A stretch of DNA of 64,000 nucleotides, taken from assembly GCA_964234715.1 (NCBI GenBank), contig OZ174281.1; one strand, given 5' to 3'. Of the stretch, positions 24,353-35,635 are shown in pieces; the stretch's first letter is position 1; the number at the start of each line of letters is the position of its first letter. A program made the position numbers and the translations under genes. Under the pieces are notes generated by a model. It did no database searches. It had not been told where the DNA came from and was given only the letters and a program-made list of their open reading frames with translations. Source of the DNA: Podarcis melisellensis. Lineage: Eukaryota.

Positions 24353-26329
24353 AGCACTATTGATTCCATATGGCTTATGTTAAATGAAACTGTATTGGTA
24401 AAATAACCTTTAAGATATCTGGCATGATAACCGTAATTAAACAGTATTCAAAGGAATAAAACAAAGGGGAATTTGGTTTCACAATGGCTAATTAAAATAA
24501 AATGAAAAAACACAGCATGTCATCTATCAAGATAAATTGTTATTGTTTTAAAAACTATTTAAAATACTGTTAAAATATACTTTTTAGATAAAATCTAAAA
24601 GTACTGGGAAAATATTTGTGGCTTAAAAATGGATAGTTTGGCGAAGAAAAGTAGTATACAACTTGGAATTATTTTTTTTATGTTGATAGAATAGCTTTAA
24701 AACTTTGAGCATAACCAGATGGGCCTTAAATCAGAGGGATTCTACAGTTTCGCTGTCTGAATGAATTGCTACGTGAAAAAGTTTTCAATCGCTGAAAAAT
24801 GTCAAGTTGATAGTTTACTTATTAGATTGCTTCAGTGCATTTTCTCCATCCTTTCACTTCATGGCAGTCTCTATAGAGAAGGTGATGAAAGCTATGCTAG
24901 TAGCTAGGGAACTGTGGCAAATTCTTCCTTGTCATGTGTTGAGATAAGTGACTTTACTAGCTTAACCCCTTGAATTCAAAAGCATTTAGGGAAGATAGAG
25001 AGATAAGGCTTAACTATAGCTGCTACAGTACAGTGTGTCCACTTCATGGACACACGCTCCTGTTGCTGGGCATCCTCTAGCATCGTTGTAAATATGCTCA
25101 GGTGCTTTTTATTACTAAAGCCATGATATGTCATGAATCTTCCTGTTTAAGCAGCCGTATTACCTTAATAGTTGGCAAGGACTGTCAGTCCAATGTATTA
25201 ATATGAAAACTAAAATCTCCAAGGAAATCAAGGAAATGAAAAGCCAGCCTCAAAATCATTTTATGCCAGACAGAATTTGGGACAATTACAGTGACCCCAT
25301 TAAGGTTAGACCTGTCTTACTAACAGAAGCTTCCCGTGTTGCAGGTTAAACTCTTCTTCTTTTTTTAATGGAGTGTTTCAAAAGCATTTGTAATATGGCA
25401 TGGTAATAGTTATTTAAGTTTAAAAATCATAGTAGGCTAACACTAGCCCCATGACACGATTCTAAGATGTTCTTTGGATCGTGGAATATTTTCTGTAAAA
25501 CCTCATGGTTCAAGCTGTTCAAGTGAGAGGCTTGCAATTACAGCTTGTTAACACTGCAGTGGGTCGCTTCCTTTATAGTATATAGATTAAAAATCAATAA
25601 AAAATCAATAAAAATTGGCAACTTTAAAATAATGACTGAAACAGACCTGATTTCTTTACAATCACAAATAGGTTTGGTATAAAATTATTCGGCTATTCTT
25701 TCCTGCTTTAACCGAAGAACTTTCTTAAACACATAGCCTGGAAGAAAATCCAGTTCTCTTGCATATCATTTCTTGCTTTATGAACACACACACAATTGTA
25801 ATATGCTTATTTGTGGCAGGGAAGTCTCAGACTAGGATTCCTTAGAGGCAACGTCTTCCAACAACTGCAATTTTAAGGAAGAGATGGATCCATGCCTTTG
25901 CCCATCCCCTGTGGGTTTGTTGGCACTGGAGACCACCTCCACAACACTGAACCCATAGTTGCAAACTTCACAATCTTGAATGAGCAAAAAGCTGAGGAAG
26001 GCAGCATCCGTACTTTAACTAGTCACGATGCAACACTCTGGAGATGGGGGCCTCTAATCCATGACTACATACTCCTGTTACACAACTTAACTATTTGCTC
26101 TAGTATTTTACTAAGACAACTTATCTTCTTTTCCTCAGCTGCAGGAGTGCTATCCATGGTCTTAGACCCACACCCTGGTCTCCTAGCCAGGTGCTGATTT
26201 TTGCCTTGCTCATCTGCTCTGCCAAGGGAATCAGGAACTACTGCCTTCCCCTTGCTTGAGCCATCATCTCTCCTTGATGGTCAAAAAGATTGTTCCAAAA
26301 GTGAACAACTTAAAATAATGAGTGCATTA

Positions 26330-26694
26330 AAAAAGGTAAAGGTACCCCTGCCCGTACGGGCCAGTCGTGTCCGACTCTAGGGTTGTGCGCCCATCTCACT
26401 TAAGAGGCCAGGGGCCAGTGCTGTCCTGAGACACTTCCGGATCACGTGGCCAGCATGACAAAGCTGCTCTGGCGAGCCAGCACCAGCGCAGCACACGGAA
26501 ACGCCGTTTACCTTCCCGCTATAAGGCGGTACCTATTTATCTACTTGCACTTAGGGGTGCTTTCGAACTGCTAGGTGGGCAGGAGCTGGGACCGAAAGAC
26601 AGGAGCTCACCCCGCTGCAGGGATTCAAACCACCGACCATGCGATCGGCAAGCCCTAGGCACTGAGGTTTTACCCACAGCACCACCCGCGTCCC
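26330..26694 (-). mobile_element. Full-length Sauria SINE
   Basis: Minus-strand 5' end GGGACGCGGGTGG, B-box GGTTTGAATCCC and (ACCTTT)n tail. 12-bp TSD ATGAGTGCATTA (26318-26329 / 26699-26710). Confidence 0.95.
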
Positions 26695-27396
26695 TGACAT
26701 GAGTGCATTACCAGTAGTTTAATATATCATTTAACCAATTGGAAACATTGATTTAACACAAAACTTGTTTTAATGTTTGAAATGCTTGATTAAATTGTGT
26801 GAAAATATATATGTAGTGGTGGCAAAAATATATTTCAGGGATTTACTGGCTCCGGTACTATATTTTAACAACAGAGAAAACTCCTCAGGTCACATAGCCA
26901 AGACAGAATATACTTCTGAAGTGGGTGCGTTGAATGAAGAATGTTATACATCTGCATGAAGCAATTCCATTTTATTTTAGTTATGATTATGTAACAGGAC
27001 TATTTAAGTCCTCTTTCCAACTTGCATCATAGTCATTTTCAAACTCTCATCTAAACATCTTTAGCCAATCATGAGCTCATTTTTCACATCACATAAAATA
27101 TGGAACAAATTGCAAGCGTGAAACCACAGAGTAAACGTGCCAATCATATCTTCTTCTTCATTATGACGTCTGACCCAATTTTGTGCTCCAGCTAAAAGTT
27201 AAATGTTTTTTGTGGGCAAGAATATCATGACTAGAGCATGAACATAAATTCTGATTCCTTTTATCAGAATTTTAGAAAGGGGATTCATTTTTCCCCCCTA
27301 TTCCTATGGAAATGGAAATCCTTTCGAGTCCACATCAGCTCAAAATATGAAAAAACAAACAAACCACCCATAAATAATTACAGTGTGGGGATTATG

Positions 27397-27505
27397 GAGC
27401 CAGTGTTGTGGAGTCATTAAGTGTGTTGGAATAGGACCTATGAGACCCAGGTTTAAATTCTTATTCAGCCATTAAGAGCAACTCTCAGTCGAACCTAACT
27501 CACAG
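27397..27505 (+). mobile_element. Degenerate MIR/Squam2-like SINE
   Basis: Reads gagacccaggtttaaattc...cagccat...aacctaactcacag. Confidence 0.55.
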
Positions 27506-27519
27506 TGGTGGTGGTGTTC

Positions 27520-28110
27520 CTGCCATTGAGCAGTCGAGACAGATTAGGAATTCTGGTGGTTTACTGCCTGCCTCGCTGCCCAGCATTCTCCCTGCCTGAA
27601 CTGACAGAACTGGTCTCGTAGGCAGTGCCAAGGATTCCCAGACTGCTGGTTTTGGAAGACTTCAGCATCCTACTGAGGTGACTGGTTCCGGGGTGGCTCA
27701 AGACTCCATGGCTGCCATGACAACCATGGGGCTGTCCCAACATGTCACTGGCCCAATGCATGTGGCAGGCCACACACTGGACTTTGTTTTCTCAACAGGG
27801 CAGGAAGAGGGTGATAAGAAAGTAGGAGATACTAGCATCAGTCCTTTGTCATGGTTAGATCATTTTCTGTTGGGATTGAGGCTTTCAGAAACTTTTCCCC
27901 TCTGCAGAGGCAGGGGACCAATTAGGATGATCTGCCCTCAGGGGTTGATGGGTTTCCTGACAGCTCTGGGGAATTTTTTTAGCTGCCATGACTGGCACTC
28001 CTGTTGAAGCCCTGGCTAAACTCTTGAACATCCAAATGGCTTGGGCTGCTAACACGATTGCCCAGAGCTTAGGGCGAGAGAAGAAGCTGGGAGACAGCTT
28101 GAACGTAAGT
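27520..28110 (+). mobile_element. L2 LINE endonuclease-region fragment
   Basis: Decayed APE motifs VYxPP, (G)DFxI, GPxHVAGHTLDFVF and PLSWLDHFL (ORF 27678..28007). Confidence 0.85.
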
Positions 28111-28129
28111 GGAGGAAAACTGTGGTCAC

Positions 28130-28290
28130 CTCATTTTATCCTCCTACTAACCCTATGAGATAGAATAGGTTGAGAAAGGGAGGGGTGACTGGCATGAAGA
28201 AATTCACGATAAGAAAGTGAGTTTCATAGCTAAGTGGGGATTTGTGCCAAGAGCTCCAAAGTCCTAATCCAGCACTCTCAACATACTGTG
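28130..28290 (-). mobile_element. Degenerate MIR/Squam2-like SINE
   Basis: Reads aaccctatgag...gtgagtttcatagctaagtggggatttg...tcctaatccagcactct. Confidence 0.6.
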
Positions 28291-29470
28291 ATTTAATATG
28301 AAAGCCAGTTTGGTGTAACACTTTTAAACAAATTTCTTAAGGTGACAGCATTCTATTTAGATAAGGAGAAGCTTTTAAAAACATATTTGGAATAAATAGC
28401 TAAGATGTAGGATTTGTGTGCTTTGCAATATAAAACAGGAGAATAGTTAGCTGTTCAAGGTCTAAATAATTATTTAAAATTTAAACAGTTAAAACAAAAC
28501 ACAATCCATTTCACTACCAAGCTAAGTTTGTGAAGTTTTAGTAAAATTTTTAAGCTATATATGAGACATTAGAAAAGGTCTGACACATTTTATCCAATAT
28601 TTTGATAGGCCTTGAAAGGGTCTAGCTAGAACATTCATCTCTTTTAGACCACTAAATTAAGGTAAGACAAAGAAAAAAAGAAATGTAATCCCAATAACAT
28701 AGAGGTCTGTTTCAGATAACCAAATAACATAGACCTTAAAATCTGGACTGAACCCAATCTTGCACTTAACACTCAGGTTAAACTGCTTGATCCATAAGGG
28801 TTAGTTCTCAAATACATTGAAAAATAAATAAAAATAATTCAGATTAACTTTTTTTAAAAAAAACGAGGGCAGAAATCTATTTTGGTTCAAGTACATGATT
28901 TATCTTTTATGTTTTTCATTGCAGAAGTTTTTCATGATTTTTCTTAGGGAAAATCAACTTCTTGGGGGCAATTATCATCTTGGTAATGGGCCAGCATGCT
29001 GAATTTTACTAGGGGGAAAAAGTAAATGTTAAGTCTTGATCAACACAGGATTACATAATCCATTGCAACAAATGTTTATCCTTTGGAATAACATATGAAG
29101 TTAAGGTCATGTGAGTGGGGCACTTATATTCTGGAAACTGTATGCTAAGGATAGAATCACATCTGATTTTTACAAGAAATAAAAGAAAAATAAAGAGACC
29201 ATGTTAAATTCCCATTACCTTCTCTGCCAGCGAAAAATGCTTAGGATGCAGTATGCTAGATATTTAAGATGGCAGGGGAGATGATTAACGACTTGGGCCC
29301 CAGAAACCTCAAAAACGGCTTCTACTCCTTTGTACTAGAACAATGGTTCTAGTAACTGCAAGTGCCACCTTGACTGTACTACCTGCTACCAAAAGTATGC
29401 AAAACTCTGTGAGAGGACTCTGAGGAAGTCTAGCATCACATCTCTAGAGTTCTCAGAAATTTGTTTAAAT

Positions 29471-29610
29471 CAGGGGGAACTAATGTGGGGCACTTCAGAT
29501 GTCACTGGACTACAACTCCTATCACCATTGACTGTTGGCTATATTTGCTGGGGCTGGTGGAAGTTGCAGTCCAATAACATCTAGGGGGTGCCATGTTGGC
29601 TACCTGTGAA
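29471..29610. mobile_element. Old palindromic hAT-type MITE
   Basis: Reads ggactacaactcctatcacc...gctggggctggtggaagttgcagtcc. Confidence 0.65.
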
Positions 29611-30920
29611 TTCAGTCACAGCAGACTGCCAAGAAGCATCACTCTGACCTTGCTTGCTCAGGCTGCTATTTAAAGTGAGAAAAACCCAGAACAGCGTGCA
29701 TGCTGCTCCGATCCACAATCATTTTTAGAGGATGATTAAATCCCAGTTCCTTTCCCCATGAATGTGTGTGTTCTTCTATCTGTAAACAATACATGAATTA
29801 CATACTAATTCTTGCACAAGTACTAAAGAAAAAATTCACATGGCATGTGAATGCACCACTAGTGTCAAGGAGAGCACTGGCTTACAAATAACTTTCCATT
29901 TCTTTATTAAGGGAGGCAGTGTTTCCAATGAAACTTTCCTAAAACCTAATTAGATAAGCATTTGTTAATGCAAAAAGAAGAAAACGTAGCATACTTTGAA
30001 ACCATAAACCAGTAATTGTTACTCCAATTCTTGGGGTTTTAAAAAAATCTATATGCTACACTGGATAAACGGGGATTAACATAGGAAAAGCTGCCATTTG
30101 TGCTGTCTGGTCCCATGACGTTATAATTTGTTTCATACTAACGCACACATTAATCCACATTACAACAAACTCTGACACCTTAGTTACTAAGAAACGGTTT
30201 CTTTCCACACAGTTGCCACATGGAGGCTGCCAGAACCTGCCTCTGTATGGTAGCTTGGATCGCAGGGTGGGCAGATATCTGTGTGAGCTGATTCTCATGA
30301 TATGGACCTCTTAGGGTGGTTGCCTGAAACTGTCTCCATGTGGTGGTGATGCTTCATGTGTATATGCCAACTCATTGTGTGGTATGTACCTTGCCATGTG
30401 GTTTCTCTGCACGCAGCCCCAAACATTCCTGCTTCAAACAGACTCTGCATGGCAAGCCATTTTATAGATCATGGTGTGCTACGTGGGAACAGTTGCCAAG
30501 TAGTTTCACTGTTTCAAACAGTGTCTAGGTGGTGGCCATATTGTACTCAGTGGCCCTCAGCACTCGCTAACCACATGGCTTCTGTCCACACAATTTCCAA
30601 GCTGTTTCTGACAGTGTAGAAATAAGACACATGGGTGGGAGCCAGTAAACATAAACAATTTGCTGTACGGAGCAGCCACTCAGCTGAGATAGCTTCATGT
30701 GGCCTCCACATGGTGGCTGTATTGTGAGAAGGGAACGTTGCTAGGGCACCTGAAGTATGAAGTTTCAGAAAAAGCAGCAGTACATTTGCATTACATTGAT
30801 TAACTTTACCATACATGTTTTAACTTTTGGATACAAAATACAGTTAGCATCTCACAGATTAATAGAAGCGTTTAAAACTGTATGAAAAATGTAGGGATTT
30901 TCATAAATAATCTCTCTCTG

Positions 30921-30951
<31 letters not shown>

Positions 30952-30960
30952 ATGTATGTA
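30921..30960. repeat. Compound (TA)n(TG)n microsatellite
   Basis: Direct reading. Confidence 0.95.
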
Positions 30961-31562
30961 CAGATTTTTCATCAGGGATGGTAACAAATCAATGGCATCT
31001 GCACAGCATGTGTATCAGCCACTTTACATTTAAGCTGTCTGGCTTCTTGTATACGGCTTTCTGGAATCTGTTTTATCAATATTTATGGTTTTTTTCACAT
31101 GAAATACAAATGGCAAAGTAGCCTTAAATTTACTTGAAACAAAAAGGCAGCACTTTATAATTAACGACAAGAATATTTGGATTGTAACTTCAAATTCAAA
31201 TTCGTAAAAAAATAAATAAATGGACAAGTCATTTGTCCATATCAGGTTTAAGTGGACTGTAGTCTTTTAATGCTGCAGTGTAGAGTGCATTTTAGCAAAA
31301 GTGCACCCCAAGTTTATACCATGAGATTTAAAATAAATTGAATTATCTGTCCATTTGATACACACACACAGTCTAGCCAGTCCACACACACTTCCCTCCA
31401 TGAGCATGCACCAAATAACCCTCTACTGGAAATACCCCCTCCCACAACCCCCTGAATTCATGTAAGGACTCTGTGTGTGTGCAAACTATAATTCTCCTTG
31501 AATTGGCTATATCACAGACAAGTTTAACAAATGCCTTTTCCTTCTTCCCCCTGCTAAGTGGA

Positions 31563-31747
31563 GGGGTCATAGCTTGGTGGCAACTACATGTTTTGCAGGC
31601 ATATGGCCCCAGGTTAATCCACAACCTTTCCGTTTAAAAGATCTGAGAATGACGCTTGCCTGAGACCTTGGAGAGCCACTGCCAATCAGATCAGAACAGT
31701 GGGGTAGATAGAACAATAGTCTGACTCAGAAAAAGGTAGCTTTATAC
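31563..31747 (+). mobile_element. tRNA-derived squamate SINE (Squam3-like)
   Basis: Reads ggggtcatagcttggtgg...ccaggttaatcc...gcctgagaccttggagagccactgccaatcag...gtctgactcag. Confidence 0.78.
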
Positions 31748-32060
31748 TTAACACTCCTTAAACTCCCCTTCTACTACTGTCTTGGAGAATACCAAGGTTT
31801 CTTTTAATGGGGTGTTCTACAACAGAGGATTGAGCAGAATCCTCTTGAGCAGAAGATTAGGGGGGGGCGCGATAATGCACATGTGATGTCGGGAGGAGCC
31901 AGAGGGAGGAACCAAGCGCAGCAGCAGCAGTACACCTTCAATGACCAGTGGCTCCTTCTCTTTCATGCGCAGCCTCTTCTTCTTGACACCACCAGCCAGG
32001 GACTGCTTCCCCTGTCTTTCCCTTACGCAACAGGTGGAGAAGGTTCCACAACTGGCCTCC

Positions 32061-32140
32061 TCTTTCTGCCATCACCAGCTAGGAGCCGTTTTCCTCCTCC
32101 TCTTTCTGCCATCACCAGCTAGGAGCTGTTTTCCTGCTCC
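32061..32140. repeat. 40-bp tandem duplication in a GC-rich patch
   Basis: TCTTTCTGCCATCACCAGCTAGGAGC(C/T)GTTTTCCT(C/G)CTCC occurs twice. Confidence 0.93.
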
Positions 32141-34901
32141 TTCCACTCAGCAGCAGCATCAGCAGCAGGAGCCAGTCACTGAAGCTGTGCCATGCTCAGC
32201 CTCCTCCACCCCTAATCATTCTGAACATTGGAGGCCTTGCCTCCCCAAATATTGGTGCATTTTTATATTGATCTTGTATTTTGATATTCTTGCTTTATTA
32301 TAATTATGGGATGGGATTCATTTCAGTGGGTCTAATCTGAGGACAACTTCAATTGGATATTGCCCATAACTTTTTTGTAATCTGCCCTGATGAAGGGTAG
32401 AGTATACATTCCTTAAAGTGACAAATAAATGAAATGAAATGGAGCCCTGGGTCAATCCTTCCTGATAGGGGACATCCCTACTTTTTTGGGGTGGGGAAAT
32501 AACGGCAAGAAAATTAATGGTTATCTGCACTTTCAGAAACAAATATTTATATACTTATCCAGCAACAGAATTTGACACTGGACTTGTGTCTGTCCAATGT
32601 ACCCATACAAAATCTTATTTTCAACATGTCTACCTTTTATTTATGTCTGACCTTTAAGAACTTACCATTTAAAAACATTTTAACCCTCTACTTAGTTGCT
32701 GCCATTCTTTTAAACTCTTTTAAATATCGACTGTTGTTTTCTGTTCATTTGTTTATTGTAGACTATACTATTGTTGTTGCTGTCAGCCATCTTGGTTGTG
32801 TTTAATGGAAAAGGGGACAGAAGTGCTTGTAAATACAGTAATAAGAAAGCAAATGGAGTAGTAATTACAGGAGAAAACGTGATTCAAAAGAATGTCCCTT
32901 TTAAAATATAAAAGTTAGAAGTTATTCAGACCTACCCCTACTTCTAATTGAAACAGGAGCCCTTGGGTGCAAATACGTATCTAAATTAATTCCATCATTT
33001 TTATTTTCTCTGAAGCGTTTGGCACAAAATTAGATCCTTTTGCACAGCGAACAACCTAACCTGCTACTTCATTTGTTATGAATATAAACTGCCTGCTTGG
33101 GGTTTCCATCAGACACAGAAACATTGCTTTTTTGCTTCCAGCCTGATAAAGAATTTTGATGAACATGAAAGAAAACTTGCTCACTTGTTTACAGATTTAT
33201 ACACAGAAGACCCCAAAGAAAGGATCAGGCAACATTCAATGTTATGTGAGTGGACTTCCATTCACGCAGTGGGGCTTTGTCATCCCCCCTGTGTGTTCAC
33301 CAAATCTTCTTCAGATTGGAGCCTTTGGAGCAAAATATGTTCCAAAGGGTCTCACAACCCTTTGGAACATATTTTGGGAGTGCGCAAGGCACTGAAGTAT
33401 GGAGGAGAGGCTGTCTAGTCACTCAAGAAGAAGCCTCTTCCATTGGTAGGTGACCACTGTTGGAGGTCATCAAGTATCTTTAGTGAACTACAGCTTCATT
33501 CTTCTTTCAAAATTAAGATTATTTTTTTTCTAAACTAGCAAATGTGTCTGATTCCTTCAACAGTGCATTGTCTACAAATATTTCTTCTGTGAAGTAACAT
33601 GCCAGATGATTTAGGTTGCTTCTCCATTACCTTAAGTAATGTAAGGTTAACTTTTGCAAAACAAGTTTTAACATAAAAGAGCTGTGAGATCTTTGTTATG
33701 TTAACCGAAACTAAAGAATCCCACAGAAGCTTCTATATTTGTCTTAAGTGCTTTAATCTCAACGACAGATAAATAAGTAAAATGAAAAGTCTAAAAAGAA
33801 TGGCAATGTTAAGGAAGCAAGTTCTACCAGAATAAGGCAACTGTGTATGAATTAGGATCTGAGAACTGTAGCATGAGGTATCAACAAATTCAGAATGTGG
33901 CATTAGCATAAAATAATGCCTTGTCCTTTAGCACCTACCTAGATCAAAGAGCAACCATTTTTGGCCTTAATTATGTGGTTCCTCTTTAGCCTCTACACAA
34001 TATGTTTTTTGTTTTGTTAAAATATAAACATTTAATTTACTCTGTAACACTGGTTTCAGAAGTATACATATGTTATTCCTTACATATGGTTCTTTTGGAA
34101 GTGGGTTTAATTTGATGATTACTTGATATTTGTGAACGAAGTAATTACTGCTTCCAAATCCATCTAGTCCACGCAGTCTTGATACACTCAGCTTTTGCTG
34201 CCCACATTCTAAAACCACCTTGTTATTCAATTATTGTAATGTAGCAGTAGCATTTTGCTTTTGTACTTTAGGAGGGTTCCTTTTATATCATATAGCCTCC
34301 AAGTCAATATTTAAAATTCAGACGAAAACAAAATTACATAGAAGAAGCATGGCTGCTGAAGGGGTGGGGGTGGGGTGGTAAGAATGGTATGGCTGCTCTG
34401 GGCCTGAACTGCACAAACTCCTGCCACTTCCTGTGAATCCACCCGTCTCTCGTGGAGCATGCTGGGCTGACAGTCCCCTGTTTCCAGCTACATTGCACCA
34501 TGCTAGCTTCTGCCGATCCTCAAAGGGCTATACATGTATAGCTGCATCAGAGAAGGACTAGAGGAAGCCAACAAAGCATGTCAGTCCCTGACGCTTCCCT
34601 TCAGAGCAAAAGAACCTTCTTGCTGCCTCCTTTGTCCCCTTCGGTGTGTGTAGGTGATAGGAGACAAAAGATGTTGAGGCTTTACCTTAGGATTAACCTC
34701 CACAAACATCTGTCTCCTCTCCATCCCCACGCTACCTGTGTTTAACTTCACCGAAACGGTGAATTTAACTTGTGTTATATCATCCCAGGAATCATGGCCA
34801 GCACTGGCTGGGAGGCTACCCCTAGAGAACTTTGCACCACTGCAAGTGAGTTTGGGCCTTAAGTAAAGTTTAAAAACAGGGGAAATTCTCAAGATAGAGA
34901 C

Positions 34902-35021
34902 TTTAGTCGTTTGTCTGACTCTTCATGACCCCGTGGACCAGAGTATGCCAGGCACTCCTGTCTTCCACTGCCTCCCACAGTTTGGTCAAACTCATGTTGG
35001 TAGCTTTGAGAATACTGTCCA
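34902..35021 (-). mobile_element. BovB 3'-end fragment
   Basis: The reverse complement is about 90% identical by hand to 20154-20279. Confidence 0.92.
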
Positions 35022-35136
35022 TGCATGCACACAAAGGCTCATACAAATAACAAACTTAGTTGGTCTCGAAGGTGCTACTAGAAGGATTTTTTTTCTTTCG
35101 ACTACAGCAGACCAACATGGCTACCTACCTGTAACT
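35022..35136 (+). mobile_element. Penelope-like element (pLTR) remnant
   Basis: tgcatgcacacaaaggctcatac...aaacttagttggtctcgaaggtgctact...cagaccaacatggctacctacctgtaact matches the reptile Penelope-type terminal repeat pattern as I recall it. Confidence 0.7.
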
Positions 35137-35429
35137 ACAGCTAGGCATTCAGTGATAATCTGAACCTATAAGCCAACCCTTCACCAAATAGTCTCAAGAT
35201 GGATAATAAAAATACAATTTAAAAAACAAATAAGGATTACCTTAAAATCATAAAACAAACCCACAAAATAACAGTATATATTAATACAGAGGAAGACAAG
35301 ACATTGCTTCAAAAAAAGTTCTGGGTTAAGAGGTGCAGCTGCGACAATCACAGAAAAACATACTGTGATGCAGCAAGATGCGTTTCAGAGGTGTGGTCAT
35401 TCCACAACCTGAGAGTGACCACAGAGAAG

Positions 35430-35635
35430 TGTTAGGGGCTGGCTGGACACTGAGGAGTGGTGGCTGGATTCTGGGCAGCAGAGGATGGAGGGGTTGGAGA
35501 GTGACTTGGAAGAAGTGATCAGTGAACGGGGAGAACCTGTAACAGCCATGAAATGAGAGGCAGAGGCAGGAGAAGGTGCAGGATTGGAGAGTGAAGAACA
35601 GTTGCAGAAGGAGGGAGAGAGAGGTTAGCCTGGTG
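35430..35635 (+). mobile_element. Possible LTR fragment
   Basis: Starts TGTTAGGGG and is purine-rich, like the minus-strand start of the 4067-4510 LTR. No 3' CA or TSD found. Confidence 0.4.

Noticed and set aside
23616-24383. 255-aa and 165-aa ORFs (also 11047-11418)
   Set aside because: Artefacts of translation through N-gaps.
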